A stretch of DNA of 64,000 nucleotides from Patescibacteria group bacterium (GTDB taxonomy: Bacteria > Patescibacteriota > Patescibacteriia > Patescibacteriales > UBA12465). The position numbers and the translations under genes were made by a program. How positions within the stretch are numbered: position 1 is the first letter of the stretch; each line of letters opens with the position of its first letter. The stretch spans positions 286,284-350,283 of the forward strand of contig JBMNFV010000001.1 in the NCBI GenBank assembly GCA_050949505.1, read 5' to 3'. Positions 33,636 through 43,916 of the stretch are shown here, one piece after another. The notes beneath the pieces were generated by a model. The model was not told the DNA's origin, did not search any database, and saw only the letters and a program-made list of their open reading frames with translations.

Positions 33636-35375
33636 CTATTGATAACGACTATTTTTGTCTAAAATCTCTTGAATAAAGTCAGAGCGGCTAATAGCTCGGG
33701 TCTCATTAGTGCCCCGATCACGGACTGCTAAAGTGGTGGAGTTCATTTCTTGATCACCAATTACTAGCAGATAGGGAACTTTTTCTTGGGTAGCTTTCCT
33801 GATCTTATTGCCCACCGTTTCATTACTACCGTCTAGCTCCACCCTTATTCCTGCTTTGCTAAATAGTTCGGCTAATTCTTGACAGGCGGCTTGATGGGCC
33901 TCGGCCACCGAAATTAACTTAACTTGAACGGGGGCTAACCAGACCGGGAAGGCCCCAGCATAGTGCTCAATAATCACTCCCAGGAAGCGTTCAATGGAGC
34001 CTAAAATAGCTCGGTGAATAACTACGGGAGTTTGGGCCTGGCCCGCGGCATCCGTATATTTAAGTTCAAAGCGTTGGGGTAGTTGAAAGTCTAGCTGAAT
34101 AGTTGCTAATTGCCATTGGCGGCCAATAGCATCTTTAACCTTAACATCAATTTTAGGGCCATAAAACGCGCCGTCACCTTCATTAATAGTGTAGGCTAAG
34201 TTAGCGGTCTCTAAGGCAGTTTTTAAATTATCCTCGGCCTCATCCCAAACTTCTTTTTCTCCTAAAAAGCTATCTGGACGAGTAGAGAGATGAATCTCAT
34301 CAATTTCTAGGGAGAATATTTGATAAACTTGTTTAACCCGATCTAGCAGGGCAATGATCTCTTCAAGAATTTGATCGGGGCGACAAAAGAGATGGCTATC
34401 ATCTTGAGACAGACTCCTGACCCGAGTTAGGCCATGGAGCGTGCCAGACTTTTCATTACGGTAAAGAGTGCTAGTCTCAGCTAGACGTAAGGGTAGGTCA
34501 CGATAGGAGTGAAGATTACGTTTAAAGACTAACATATGGGCCGGACAGTTCATCGGCTTAACCCCGTAGTCACTTTCTCCTTCGGCCTGGTGGATGATAA
34601 ACATATCTTCTTGGTAGTGGTCCCAGTGGCCAGAAGTTTTCCAAAGTTCTGCATTTAACAGGTGAGGAGTGCGCACTTCTTGATAACCGGGGCCGTAGGA
34701 AATCTCTCTGACTAATTTAGTCAATTGTGAGAGTAGGACAAAACCTTTAGGAAGAAAGAAGGGCATACCGGGAGCAAAGTCGTGGAGCATAAATAGGTCT
34801 AATTCCTTACCCAATTGTCGGTGGTCGCGCTTTTCCGCCTCAGCGAGCATTAGTAGGTGGGCGGCTAATTCTTCCTTGGTATCAAAAGCGAGGCCATAAA
34901 TACGGGTTAACATTTTGTTTTTTTCATCACCCCGCCAATAGGCGCCGGCTAGTTTGTGGAGTTTAAAAGAGCCAGGCTTAATCTCTTTAGTATTAGCGAC
35001 ATGCGGACCACGACAGAGGTCAGTGAACTTACCAACGGTATAAAAACTTAGCTTAGTTTCTCCTTCTTTAGCTAAGTCTTCTATTATCTCCACCTTGTAG
35101 TCCTCTTGGCGCTCTTTAGCAGCAGCTAGGGCTAGAGTTAGCTCCTGTTCCTCGTGACTAAAGTCTAAATTCTGCTTAGCTAAATGACTCATCTTTTTCT
35201 CAATAGTCTTCAGATCAGCTTCACTTATCTTAGTTTCGCCAAAATCAATATCATAATAGAAGCCAGTATCAATATCAGGGCCAATAGCTAGCTTAGCGCT
35301 TGGCCAGAGCTCTAGCACCGCACTGGCTAGCAAGTGGGCGAGACTGTGACGCTTGGTGCTAATCGGAGTGTTCAT
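33636..35375 (-). CDS. thrS: threonine--tRNA ligase (no N-terminal TGS domain)
   Basis: Class II core motifs (FRNEKSGTLHGLTRVRSLSQDD, GAFYGPKID), HRAILGSIERF, anticodon-binding C-terminus ending PYLLVIGDQE. Confidence 0.92.
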   Translation of the reverse strand: MNTPISTKRHSLAHLLASAVLELWPSAKLAIGPDIDTGFYYDIDFGETKISEADLKTIEKKMSHLAKQNLDFSHEEQELTLALAAAKERQEDYKVEIIEDLAKEGETKLSFYTVGKFTDLCRGPHVANTKEIKPGSFKLHKLAGAYWRGDEKNKMLTRIYGLAFDTKEELAAHLLMLAEAEKRDHRQLGKELDLFMLHDFAPGMPFFLPKGFVLLSQLTKLVREISYGPGYQEVRTPHLLNAELWKTSGHWDHYQEDMFIIHQAEGESDYGVKPMNCPAHMLVFKRNLHSYRDLPLRLAETSTLYRNEKSGTLHGLTRVRSLSQDDSHLFCRPDQILEEIIALLDRVKQVYQIFSLEIDEIHLSTRPDSFLGEKEVWDEAEDNLKTALETANLAYTINEGDGAFYGPKIDVKVKDAIGRQWQLATIQLDFQLPQRFELKYTDAAGQAQTPVVIHRAILGSIERFLGVIIEHYAGAFPVWLAPVQVKLISVAEAHQAACQELAELFSKAGIRVELDGSNETVGNKIRKATQEKVPYLLVIGDQEMNSTTLAVRDRGTNETRAISRSDFIQEILDKNSRYQ

Positions 35376-35394
35376 ATAGTTTAATTTAAGTTAG

Positions 35395-35574
35395 TTAATA
35401 AAAAATCCCCTCCCCGCTAAAACAAAAAACTTGTTTTAGCTGGGACGGGATTATTCATCTCGCGGTTCCACCCAGTTTCTAAGTTAATAACTTAGCGCTT
35501 CATTAATGGCCTTAGGACAGACTTAAGAGCAAGCTCTTAACTAGGCTTGGTAGACCTAGCAATCAGCCATGAGT
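35395..35574 (-). promoter_or_regulatory. T-box riboswitch leader of thrS, with terminator/antiterminator
   Basis: On the minus strand, the T-box core cuGGGUGGaACCGCGag is the complement of 35461..35477. The terminator aucccgucccagcuaaaacaa/uuguuuuagcggggaggggau plus U6 occupies 35396..35452. The cuggg of the T-box can pair with the cccag of the terminator 5' arm, forming the antiterminator. A candidate Thr specifier ACC-A lies at 35551..35548. Confidence 0.7.
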
Positions 35575-35580
35575 GTTAAT

Positions 35581-35609
35581 ATTATAGGCCTAATGATTAT
35601 AAAAGTAAA
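35581..35609 (-). promoter_or_regulatory. candidate promoter of the thrS leader
   Basis: Minus strand: TTTACT (35609..35604), 17 nt spacer, TATAAT (35586..35581). Confidence 0.35.
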
Positions 35610-35615
35610 GGGGAG

Positions 35616-36308
35616 CTAGCCCTTAGCTACCACTAAACCCCAAACTGCTAAGGCTCCTTGCTCTCTTAAAATTCGACTAGCCTCGTTTAAGGTGGCTCCA
35701 GTGGTAATCACATCATCTAGCAAGATAATAGTTTTTCCGGCTAAGCTTTCTCCTGTCCAGGTAAAAACATTAGCCACGTTTTCTAAACGTTGCTCTCGCT
35801 TAAGCTTGGCTTGGGGAGGACGGTGTCGGGGACGTTTAAGCTGCCCACTTAATTGCCAGCCATAAGTTTCACTAAGAATTTCTGCTAGTAGCTGGGTTTG
35901 GCTAAAGCCGCGCCAAGCTTGTCGTCTAGAGCTTAGGGGCAGGGGGATAAGGAGAACTGATTTAGAGGCTAAAGGGGCAATTAATTGAGGATATTTCTTT
36001 AGAGCGCTTACTAAATATTTCCCTAAAATTAGGCTAAGGGGAGCCAGGAATCTATATTTATAATAAATAATCAAGCGTTTTAATAAAGGGTCTTGCTCGT
36101 AGTGGCCAATGATAATTAAGTTATCAAGTTGATCACTAATTAAACCCTGACTGAGCCTCACTTGGCTAGCGGGAGGCAGATAGCTTAATTTATTAAAACA
36201 AGCATCACAAAAATAGCAGCCTTCTTGGCGGCAGTTTAAGCACTCTAAGGGTAAAATAAGATCAAGCAACCAGTGCTTGATCCGAGTAAATAATTTTCGC
36301 ACGAGCAA
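35616..36308 (-). CDS. comFC: ComF family protein (phosphoribosyltransferase-type, ComFC)
   Basis: N-terminal Cys4 (CLNC...CDAC) and C-terminal PRTase motif IILLDDVITTGATL. Confidence 0.8.
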   Translation of the reverse strand: MLVRKLFTRIKHWLLDLILPLECLNCRQEGCYFCDACFNKLSYLPPASQVRLSQGLISDQLDNLIIIGHYEQDPLLKRLIIYYKYRFLAPLSLILGKYLVSALKKYPQLIAPLASKSVLLIPLPLSSRRQAWRGFSQTQLLAEILSETYGWQLSGQLKRPRHRPPQAKLKREQRLENVANVFTWTGESLAGKTIILLDDVITTGATLNEASRILREQGALAVWGLVVAKG

Positions 36309-36312
36309 TTAT

Positions 36313-37581
36313 TTAGTAGCTTAATTTTATTTCATTAACAGTCCCACTATATTTATCTAAGAAGTATAAATAGTCCTGGTTTTCAGAGACTACCATTTGG
36401 GAGACATTAAAGAAGCCATCAGGAATAGCGATAATCTTTTTGCCACCAGTAGTTAAGTCTATCTTGTAAATAGTGTCAGGGAATTCATCAGCTAAGCTAG
36501 GGAACATGCCGGCGCCTTCAGGCATTTCGGCGGGAACGGCGCAGTATAAATCAGTTTCTGAGGCAAAGGCACATTTATTAGACCAAGTCATTAAACCGAG
36601 CTGATGACGATTTTCACCAATGGTATTAACCTGCGCATTAACGACCCATAAACGAGGACTATAATTATCACGACTACTGTAAACACTATAGAGCAGTTTC
36701 TCTCCCTCAGGGGACCATTGTGATTGGAAGTTTCGTCCTTCAATAATAGTAGATTTAAAGTTTTCACCATTAAGACCAACGAAGAAAACTTCTTGACGAT
36801 CAAAGCTCACGCCCTCGGTATTTAAAGCTACAATTTGTCCCGCGGGAGACCAGCTAGGATAGACATAAGGGTGGCGATCACCAATGGGCTCTACTCCAAC
36901 TGCCCGAGAACCATCGGCATTAGCAGCGATTAGCCAGCTATCGGAGGAGTCGTAGCCAATATTTTTAGCCGCAATACGTTCGCCATCAGCGGAGAAGCTA
37001 AAGTCTTCCCAGTGGGAGGGAAGGGTGACTTGCTTTTGGCTATTAAAGTCATAGACAATTTTATTGCCATCTGGATAGGTTAAAATCGCCTTATCACCTC
37101 GTTTGGCCCAAGTAACTTGCCGAACGGAGTGGAAGACTCGGTCGCTTAAGGTAGTTTTGCTGCCATCAGGATTGAGTTTATAGAACAAACCGGAGGAGCG
37201 GTCATAATATTGTAAATTACCACCTTGATTGAGGGTAATCCCTAAAGAAGGTTCGGGGTTAATGGGAGTGACTAGGGTTTTTCCTCCTAAGGCTACTTCG
37301 CTAGGAGCACCTAAGCTAGGGTCACCAGGGCGAGGGTTGATTGCTTGATTGGGGTCAGTAATACCCGGGAGTCCCCCGTCTTCGCCAGGAGAGTATTCGC
37401 CTGGAGTACTAGGCCCCGGAGAGGGAAATTCTCCAGGAGTACCAGGCGGGGTAATGTCAGGAGGGCTAATTAGGGAAGTTGACTTAAAAAATACTTGCCA
37501 GATAAAGTAGCCGATGATGAAGATTAAAGCGGTGAAGCCTAAGAGGAGAAAAAATCTTTTATAGCGAGAAAAGAAACTCAT
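36313..37581 (-). CDS. membrane-anchored TolB-like beta-propeller protein with a Pro/Gly-rich linker
   Basis: N-terminal TM anchor, PGTPGEFPSPGPSTPGEYSPGEDGG linker, repeated WSP.G motifs (PSWSPAGQ, QWSPEGEKLLYSV). Confidence 0.6.
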   Translation of the reverse strand: MSFFSRYKRFFLLLGFTALIFIIGYFIWQVFFKSTSLISPPDITPPGTPGEFPSPGPSTPGEYSPGEDGGLPGITDPNQAINPRPGDPSLGAPSEVALGGKTLVTPINPEPSLGITLNQGGNLQYYDRSSGLFYKLNPDGSKTTLSDRVFHSVRQVTWAKRGDKAILTYPDGNKIVYDFNSQKQVTLPSHWEDFSFSADGERIAAKNIGYDSSDSWLIAANADGSRAVGVEPIGDRHPYVYPSWSPAGQIVALNTEGVSFDRQEVFFVGLNGENFKSTIIEGRNFQSQWSPEGEKLLYSVYSSRDNYSPRLWVVNAQVNTIGENRHQLGLMTWSNKCAFASETDLYCAVPAEMPEGAGMFPSLADEFPDTIYKIDLTTGGKKIIAIPDGFFNVSQMVVSENQDYLYFLDKYSGTVNEIKLSY

Positions 37582-37673
37582 AAATGCTTGTTTAATGTTT
37601 TAAATTAAGATATAATTAGTATATCTTAAAAGTTGAGATTATTCAATCAAATTCTTTTTTATTATTTAAGATT

Positions 37674-38729
37674 ATGGGATTATTTTCTATTAGCAAAGAC
37701 AATCTTTTTTTAGGCATAGATATTGGGGATTCTTCTTTAAAAATGGTAGAGCTAAAAAAGAAGGGGCGTAAAATTAGTTTGTCTAATTATGCCTTTAGCG
37801 AAAATATTACAGATGTTAATTTTACTAAAGTTGAAGACCTCGCTTATTTATCACAAGCTATTTTAAAGGTTAGAAAGGAAGCGGGGATTACCGCTACTAA
37901 AGTAACTGCCTCTTTGCCTAACTTTGCGGTCTTTTCTTCAATTATCAATCTAACGAATGTTGATAAAAAGAATATTCTCACCGCGGTTAATGAAGAGGCC
38001 CGTAAGGTGATTCCCTTACCACTAGAGGAAATGGTTTTGGATTGGAAAATTATTCCTGGTCCAGATGGCAAGATCCCTACCCGGGGTAATATGCGAGTAT
38101 TCTTAACGGGCTCTCCCAAGAAATTGGTGCGGAAGTATGTAGAGGTTTTTAAAAAGACCGGTCTTAACTTAGTTAGCCTAGAAACTGAAACCTTTTCACT
38201 GGTTCGGTCTTTAGTAGGCAGTGATAAAGAGGCGGTGATGGTGGTGGAGATTGGGGCCAATAGTACTGATATGTTTGTTATCAAGGAAAGCATTCCCGTC
38301 TTTAATCGGAGCTTATCGGTTAGCTCCTCAACAATCACCAAGGCCCTAGCGGAACAGTTGGGGCTAGAGTATTCTCAAGCTGAACAGTTTAAAATAGACT
38401 TGGCTAATGCGGCTGATAAACAGGGAGGAGCAGCAGAGCTATCGCCATTAATTGCTAAAACCATAGAGCCGATCGTGACGGGTATTCAATATCTATTAGA
38501 CTTCTTCAGATCCCAAACCAAAGAGGAGGTTAATAAAATTATTTTATCTGGCGGAGGAGCAATGTTGCTTAACTTGCCTGAATATTTAAGTGAGCGCCTT
38601 AATCTTAAAGTTATTATCGGCGACGCTTGGAATCGGGTTGAGTATCCAGAAGAGCTGCGGCCCGTCTTGCAGGAGGTGGGAGCGAAGCTGTCCGTCGCCA
38701 TTGGTCTAGCGATGCGAGAAATAGAATAA
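37674..38729 (+). CDS. pilM: type IV pilus assembly protein PilM (actin-like ATPase fold)
   Basis: LGIDIGDSSLKMVELKK N-terminus, 351 aa, and operon context with pilB/pilC. Confidence 0.8.
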   Translation: MGLFSISKDNLFLGIDIGDSSLKMVELKKKGRKISLSNYAFSENITDVNFTKVEDLAYLSQAILKVRKEAGITATKVTASLPNFAVFSSIINLTNVDKKNILTAVNEEARKVIPLPLEEMVLDWKIIPGPDGKIPTRGNMRVFLTGSPKKLVRKYVEVFKKTGLNLVSLETETFSLVRSLVGSDKEAVMVVEIGANSTDMFVIKESIPVFNRSLSVSSSTITKALAEQLGLEYSQAEQFKIDLANAADKQGGAAELSPLIAKTIEPIVTGIQYLLDFFRSQTKEEVNKIILSGGGAMLLNLPEYLSERLNLKVIIGDAWNRVEYPEELRPVLQEVGAKLSVAIGLAMREIE

Positions 38730-38731
38730 TT

Positions 38732-39370
38732 ATGCTATTTAAAAGAGCTAAAGATAAAACTGAAAAAAGAGCAGCCATTCAAAACCCCAAGATTTTAGAT
38801 GTTAATTTAATTAAGGGAGAGGTTCAGATTAGTTTTGCTTGGCGCCAGAATCTATCTAAACTGATTCTTGCTTTAGTTATCTTAGGCTTGATAGTTACTG
38901 AGGTTTATCTAGGCCTAGACTACTGGGCGCAATATGAAGAAGAACAAACCCAAGTCTTAACGACTGAACTTAATCGGGTCAGGGAAGAGGTGCGAGCCCT
39001 ACAGGTAGAGGCTGATCAAGCATTGGCCTACAAAGAGAAGTCCGTCGGCCTATCAGGGCTGTTAGCGGAGCATATCTATTGGTCGGCCTTTTTTGACTGG
39101 TTAGAAAAAAACACTTTAAGCACCGTTAAGTTTACTGGATTTTCTGGGGGAACTGATGGGGTTTATGAATTAAGGGCTACGGCCTCTAGTTTTCAGGATG
39201 CTTCCTGGCAGGTCAAGGTCCTATTAGACGACCCTCTGGTCAAGCAAGCGGAGATTTCTCAAGTAGCTAACTCGGAGTCAGAGGTAGAGGAAGAGGGAGA
39301 AGTTTTTGTTCAAAAGGAAGTAAACTTCTCGCTGAACTTAGAAATTAATCCAGAGATTTTTAAAAAGTAG
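38732..39370 (+). CDS. PilN-like pilus assembly protein
   Basis: Single TM helix then a coiled coil, directly after pilM. Confidence 0.5.
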   Translation: MLFKRAKDKTEKRAAIQNPKILDVNLIKGEVQISFAWRQNLSKLILALVILGLIVTEVYLGLDYWAQYEEEQTQVLTTELNRVREEVRALQVEADQALAYKEKSVGLSGLLAEHIYWSAFFDWLEKNTLSTVKFTGFSGGTDGVYELRATASSFQDASWQVKVLLDDPLVKQAEISQVANSESEVEEEGEVFVQKEVNFSLNLEINPEIFKK

Positions 39371-39371
39371 T

Positions 39372-39950
39372 ATGTTATCACGCGATCAAAGAAATCAAAA
39401 TTCTCTCAACTTATTTCTCAATAACTATTTTAGTTTGATTCTAACGACAGGAATCTTATTATTACTATTATTAGCCTATCTAGCCGTTATTTTGCCTAAG
39501 TATCAAGAGGTGGCTAGCCTCACTCAGGATAATTTAAATAGACAGCAATTATTATTAACCGAGCAGCGCCGAAAGCTAGTTAACTTACAAGCCATCTCTC
39601 AGGCCTATGACTTGTTGCCAGAGCTAGATGTCAATAAGTTTAATCAAGTCTTGCCAGACCAATATGTTAAGGAGCGACTTTTTGGTGAACTAGAAGAAAT
39701 TGTTACTAAAAATGGCTTTATCACTAATTCTATTAGCCTAAGCCAAGAGCCACCTGAGGCCGGGTCGCCAACTAAAATAGGAACAGTTACCGCCGAACTT
39801 AATATTTCCACGATTGACTACAGTGGTTTTAAGAGAATGTTACGGGTCTTAGAGAGCAATCTTCGTTTATTGGATGTAACTAATCTGAGCTTTTCTCCCG
39901 GAGGGAATACGGCCAACTTAAGTCTAACCACTTATTATTTCGCTAACTAG
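39372..39950 (+). CDS. PilO-like pilus assembly protein
   Basis: Single TM helix, coiled coil and C-terminal ferredoxin-like part. Position in the pil operon supports the call. Confidence 0.45.
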   Translation: MLSRDQRNQNSLNLFLNNYFSLILTTGILLLLLLAYLAVILPKYQEVASLTQDNLNRQQLLLTEQRRKLVNLQAISQAYDLLPELDVNKFNQVLPDQYVKERLFGELEEIVTKNGFITNSISLSQEPPEAGSPTKIGTVTAELNISTIDYSGFKRMLRVLESNLRLLDVTNLSFSPGGNTANLSLTTYYFAN

Positions 39951-39955
39951 AGACT

Positions 39956-40339
39956 ATGAAAAACAGCCATCGCTATTTATCACAAATCCTCTTAGTTATT
40001 CTAGTCATCGCTGGAGGGGCGCTTTTCTTTTGGCAGGAAGTGGCTTATGACTATCTACACCAGCAGGCTGAGTTAGTGGAGGTGACGGACATTCTAATGG
40101 CTCCAGCACCACTCCCTAGTGAGGAACTAGAGACTACAGTGATTAATGATGCTAAGTTCATTGTTCTGAAAAACAATGTGACGGGCTTTGACTATGAGCA
40201 GGTTTGTCGCAATTTAATGAATCTCGGCGAGAGAGAGATTAGTCAGTTATCAGCATCTGAGTATAGTCAAATCTTAACCTGTGCGGTTGGCAATGCTTCG
40301 CCGTTTATCGCGCCAACTACTAGCGGTGAAACTCCTTAA
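39956..40339 (+). CDS. membrane-anchored hypothetical protein in the pilus operon
   Basis: 127 aa with an N-terminal TM helix. Assigned by operon position only. Confidence 0.4.
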   Translation: MKNSHRYLSQILLVILVIAGGALFFWQEVAYDYLHQQAELVEVTDILMAPAPLPSEELETTVINDAKFIVLKNNVTGFDYEQVCRNLMNLGEREISQLSASEYSQILTCAVGNASPFIAPTTSGETP

Positions 40340-40349
40340 TTAAAAAATC

Positions 40350-42107
40350 ATGAGCAAACACATTCAGCTCCTTAATTTTTTGCAGGCCAAAAGTTTAGTG
40401 CCAGAGGGACAGTATGATCAAATTAAAGAATTAATCAGTGACGGACAATTTGATTTAGAAAAATATCTAGTGGAGCAAAAAATCTTTACTGAAGAGAAAC
40501 TAACCGAACTAAAGGCCGAAATGAAAGGCCTCCCTTATTATAATCTCTTAGCCGAGGAAGTGCCGGAGGTGGCCTTGAATTTCTTTCCAGAAGAAATTGC
40601 CAGAACTTACCAAATTATTTGTTTCGCCCGCGAGAATCGTTTAGTGAAAATAGGGCTAATTGACCCCACCCCTAAAACTATTGAGGCAATTAATTTCCTG
40701 GCCTCAGATGAGCGCTTGGCGGTAGAGCATTATCTAATCTCTCGCTCTAGCTTTGAGAAGGCGATGAAGCAGTATCAAAAGCTAGAGGAAGAAATTTCTA
40801 GTGCTTTAGAAGTTAAGGCTAGGGAAGAGGGCGAAGACTTGGTAACTGTGAGGGCAGACAATGAGGGAGTGATAGATGAGGATATAAACAGTGCTCCGAT
40901 CTCTAGAATTGTCTCAGTAATCATACGTCACGCAGTGGAGGCCCGGGCTTCCGATATCCACATTGAGCCCTTTGCTAAGGAGAGTCGGGTGCGCTACCGC
41001 ATTGATGGGATGCTACATACCTCGCTAACCTTGCCGCGGAGCATTCATAATGCGGTAATTGCCAGAGTTAAGGTTTTATCCAAGCTGAAGTTAGATGAGA
41101 CTCGTATTCCTCAAGACGGACGAATTAGACTAATTGTTAATAACAAGGAGGTAGACTTTAGAGTCTCCACCTTACCGCTAGTTAATCAGGAGAAGGTGGT
41201 TATGAGAATTTTAGACACCTCCCGCGGGGCTCCCACCTTAGAGGGCTTAGGATTTAACAAATTGGCACTACGGCGCATTAATGAGGGAATAAAAAAGACT
41301 AGTGGAATCTTTTTGGTCACTGGTCCTACGGGCAGTGGAAAGACGACAACCTTGTATGCCATTTTAAATATTCTTAATCAAGAAGGAGTGAATATCTCCA
41401 CCCTAGAGGATCCAATTGAGTATGAAATTAAGGGGATTAACCAATCACAGATTAAACCGAAAATAGGTTTTTCCTTTGCCAACGGACTGCGCTCACTCTT
41501 ACGACAAGACCCTAATATTATTATGGTCGGAGAAATTCGTGATGAAGAAACAGCGGAGCTATCCATTCATGCCTCCTTAACGGGACACTTAGTGTTGTCC
41601 ACCATTCACACTAACGATGCGATTGGAGCGGTTTTTAGGCTAGTGGATATGAAAATAGAACGCTTCCTCTTGTCCTCCACTCTGCGAGCGGTGGTGGCGC
41701 AGCGTTTGTCCCGTCGTCTCTGTGAGCACTGTAAGCAGGTGGTAGATTTGTCTAGTGATGCTAAGGAAGAAATGATTAAAGAATTACAAATGATTCCGCC
41801 GCACATTTTAGCTGAAGAATTACCAGAACTCCGTTCTCCAGAAGAAGTTTTTGCCACTTATCAAACCTATAAGGCAGTGGGCTGTCAACGTTGTGAAAAT
41901 ACCGGCTACTCTGGACGAGTGGCCATTGCTGAGGTGATAGATATTAATGAAGAGCTAAGTGAGATGATTAACAATGGTAGCAAGGACTTAAACGAGGAGG
42001 CGGTCCGTAAGACAGAGGACTTTGTCACCATTAAGCAAGACGGGGTGGTAAAAGTATTTCAAGGAATCACCACTATGGAAGAGGTCTTGCGAGTTATAGA
42101 AAGTTAA
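40350..42107 (+). CDS. pilB: type IV pilus assembly ATPase PilB (GspE family)
   Basis: Walker A GPTGSGKTTT, Asp box, Walker B IIMVGEIRD, His box LVLSTIHTND, tetra-Cys CEHC...CQRC. Confidence 0.92.
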   Translation: MSKHIQLLNFLQAKSLVPEGQYDQIKELISDGQFDLEKYLVEQKIFTEEKLTELKAEMKGLPYYNLLAEEVPEVALNFFPEEIARTYQIICFARENRLVKIGLIDPTPKTIEAINFLASDERLAVEHYLISRSSFEKAMKQYQKLEEEISSALEVKAREEGEDLVTVRADNEGVIDEDINSAPISRIVSVIIRHAVEARASDIHIEPFAKESRVRYRIDGMLHTSLTLPRSIHNAVIARVKVLSKLKLDETRIPQDGRIRLIVNNKEVDFRVSTLPLVNQEKVVMRILDTSRGAPTLEGLGFNKLALRRINEGIKKTSGIFLVTGPTGSGKTTTLYAILNILNQEGVNISTLEDPIEYEIKGINQSQIKPKIGFSFANGLRSLLRQDPNIIMVGEIRDEETAELSIHASLTGHLVLSTIHTNDAIGAVFRLVDMKIERFLLSSTLRAVVAQRLSRRLCEHCKQVVDLSSDAKEEMIKELQMIPPHILAEELPELRSPEEVFATYQTYKAVGCQRCENTGYSGRVAIAEVIDINEELSEMINNGSKDLNEEAVRKTEDFVTIKQDGVVKVFQGITTMEEVLRVIES

Positions 42108-42119
42108 TTTTAGAGGTTT

Positions 42120-43325
42120 ATGCCTATCTACAAATACCTAGCGGAAACCGCTAATCAAAGAAAAAAAAGAGGAACGATCGTCGGCTTAACAGAGGCTGAT
42201 GCCTTTAATCGTCTGCGCAAACAAGGCCTTAATCCTCGGGAAATAGTGGCGGTGAATGATAGCTTGGAAACTAAAATAAACTTATTGATCTCTCCCATTA
42301 AAACTAAGGATCTAGTAGTGTTTTCTCGGCAGTTTTCGGTGATGATTTCTGCCAATGTTACCGTTTCTGAAGCCCTATCTATTTTAGTGGACCAGACTAA
42401 TAATTTATCACTTAAAAACATGGTCTCAGAAATTGCCTTTGAGGTTGAGGCCGGCTCCTTTGTTTCTGATGCCTTTGCTAAACGTCCTAAAATATTTTCC
42501 GATTTCTTTGTTAATATTATTCGCTCCGGAGAGTCTTCGGGGAAGTTAGATGAGGTGCTTAATTACCTAGCTGATGAAATGGAGAAGAGTTATGATATTA
42601 GTTCCAAGATTAGAGGGGCGATGATTTACCCCATCTTTATTCTCGTCGCCTTAGTGGGCGTGGCCTTTATCCTGATGCTCTATGTTATCCCTAACCTAAC
42701 TTCAATGTTAGAGGAGAGTGGCGCTGACCTGCCATTAGCCACTAGGTTAGTGATCAGTACCTCTAGTTTCTTGCAACACTATATTCTTTTAGTTATTGCC
42801 CTGATCATTAGCTTAGGCTTTTTGCTGAGACTATATCTTAAAACCTATGGCGGAAAGAGAAACCTAGACATTGTTAAGCTGAAAATGCCAGTCTTTGGTC
42901 GGCTCTTCCAATACATCTACCTAATGCGCTTTACCCGCTCCTTATCCACCCTCCTTAAAGGAGGAGTGACCATCACTCGTTCATTAGAAATTACTGCTTC
43001 AGTGGTCGGTAATACTATTTACAAGGAACTAATTATGGATACCCTAGAAGCCATCAATGATGGTAATTCCTTAGCTTCCGTAATGGAAACTAGCAGCTAT
43101 TTTCCCAGCATGGTGCCGCAAATGATTGCCGTGGGAGAGCGAACCGGAAAGATTGATACCGTTTTAGATAGAATTACCGAATTCTATTCCCGGGAGTCTA
43201 CTAATATGTTAGATAATTTAAGTAAATTAATGGAACCCTTGATCATGGTAATTATGGGTATCGGGGTAGGGATTATGGTGGCAGCGGTTATCTTGCCGAT
43301 GTATAATATGGCTAACCAGTTCTAA
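42120..43325 (+). CDS. pilC: type IV pilus platform protein PilC (T2SS F family)
   Basis: Two T2SSF repeats (FSRQFSVMISANV...; FTRSLSTLLKGGV...) and three TM segments. Confidence 0.9.
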   Translation: MPIYKYLAETANQRKKRGTIVGLTEADAFNRLRKQGLNPREIVAVNDSLETKINLLISPIKTKDLVVFSRQFSVMISANVTVSEALSILVDQTNNLSLKNMVSEIAFEVEAGSFVSDAFAKRPKIFSDFFVNIIRSGESSGKLDEVLNYLADEMEKSYDISSKIRGAMIYPIFILVALVGVAFILMLYVIPNLTSMLEESGADLPLATRLVISTSSFLQHYILLVIALIISLGFLLRLYLKTYGGKRNLDIVKLKMPVFGRLFQYIYLMRFTRSLSTLLKGGVTITRSLEITASVVGNTIYKELIMDTLEAINDGNSLASVMETSSYFPSMVPQMIAVGERTGKIDTVLDRITEFYSRESTNMLDNLSKLMEPLIMVIMGIGVGIMVAAVILPMYNMANQF

Positions 43326-43452
43326 TTTAACCGAATTAGCTTGTTCATTTTTTTAGATTATGCTATTATTTAGTTAAGAGAATTGTTTCTAACTTCTAAC
43401 TATGCTATAATCTGAGCATAGTTACTAATATTTTTAATATTAAAAAACCATT

Positions 43453-43881
43453 ATGAAAAATAATAAACCCGGCTTTACCCTTATAGAACTTTTAGTCGTC
43501 ATTGCGATTATTGGTCTACTATCAACACTCTCCATTGTTGCTCTTAACTCTGCCCGAGCCAGATCTCGAGATGCCAGACGAGTCTCAGATGTCAAGAACA
43601 TCCAAATGGCCCTAGAGATGTATTATAATGACCATTTAAAGTATCCAACTAGCACTGATGATTTAGCATCCTCCTCAGAGGCTTATTTAATAGTTAACCC
43701 TACGCCTCCTACCCCAGCTGATGGAAGTTGTGATAATAATAATAATGCATATAATTATGATGCGAGTGGTAACGATGGGACCTACACGCTCACCTATTGT
43801 CTCGGAGCGGGTACTGGAGGAATTCCAGCGGGTATTAATACAGCCACTCCCTCAGGAATTAGCACCTTTGGATCTAATTAA
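43453..43881 (+). CDS. type IV pilin-like protein (copy 1)
   Basis: Prepilin signature KPGFTLIELLVVIAIIGLL (cleavage at G|F, with E5). Confidence 0.88.
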   Translation: MKNNKPGFTLIELLVVIAIIGLLSTLSIVALNSARARSRDARRVSDVKNIQMALEMYYNDHLKYPTSTDDLASSSEAYLIVNPTPPTPADGSCDNNNNAYNYDASGNDGTYTLTYCLGAGTGGIPAGINTATPSGISTFGSN

Positions 43882-43916
43882 AATATTTAGTTAAATTATT
43901 TGTTTGAAAGAATAAT

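Noticed and set aside
37844-38341. 165 aa minus-strand ORF within pilM
   Set aside because: It is antisense to a well-supported pilM and has no independent support.
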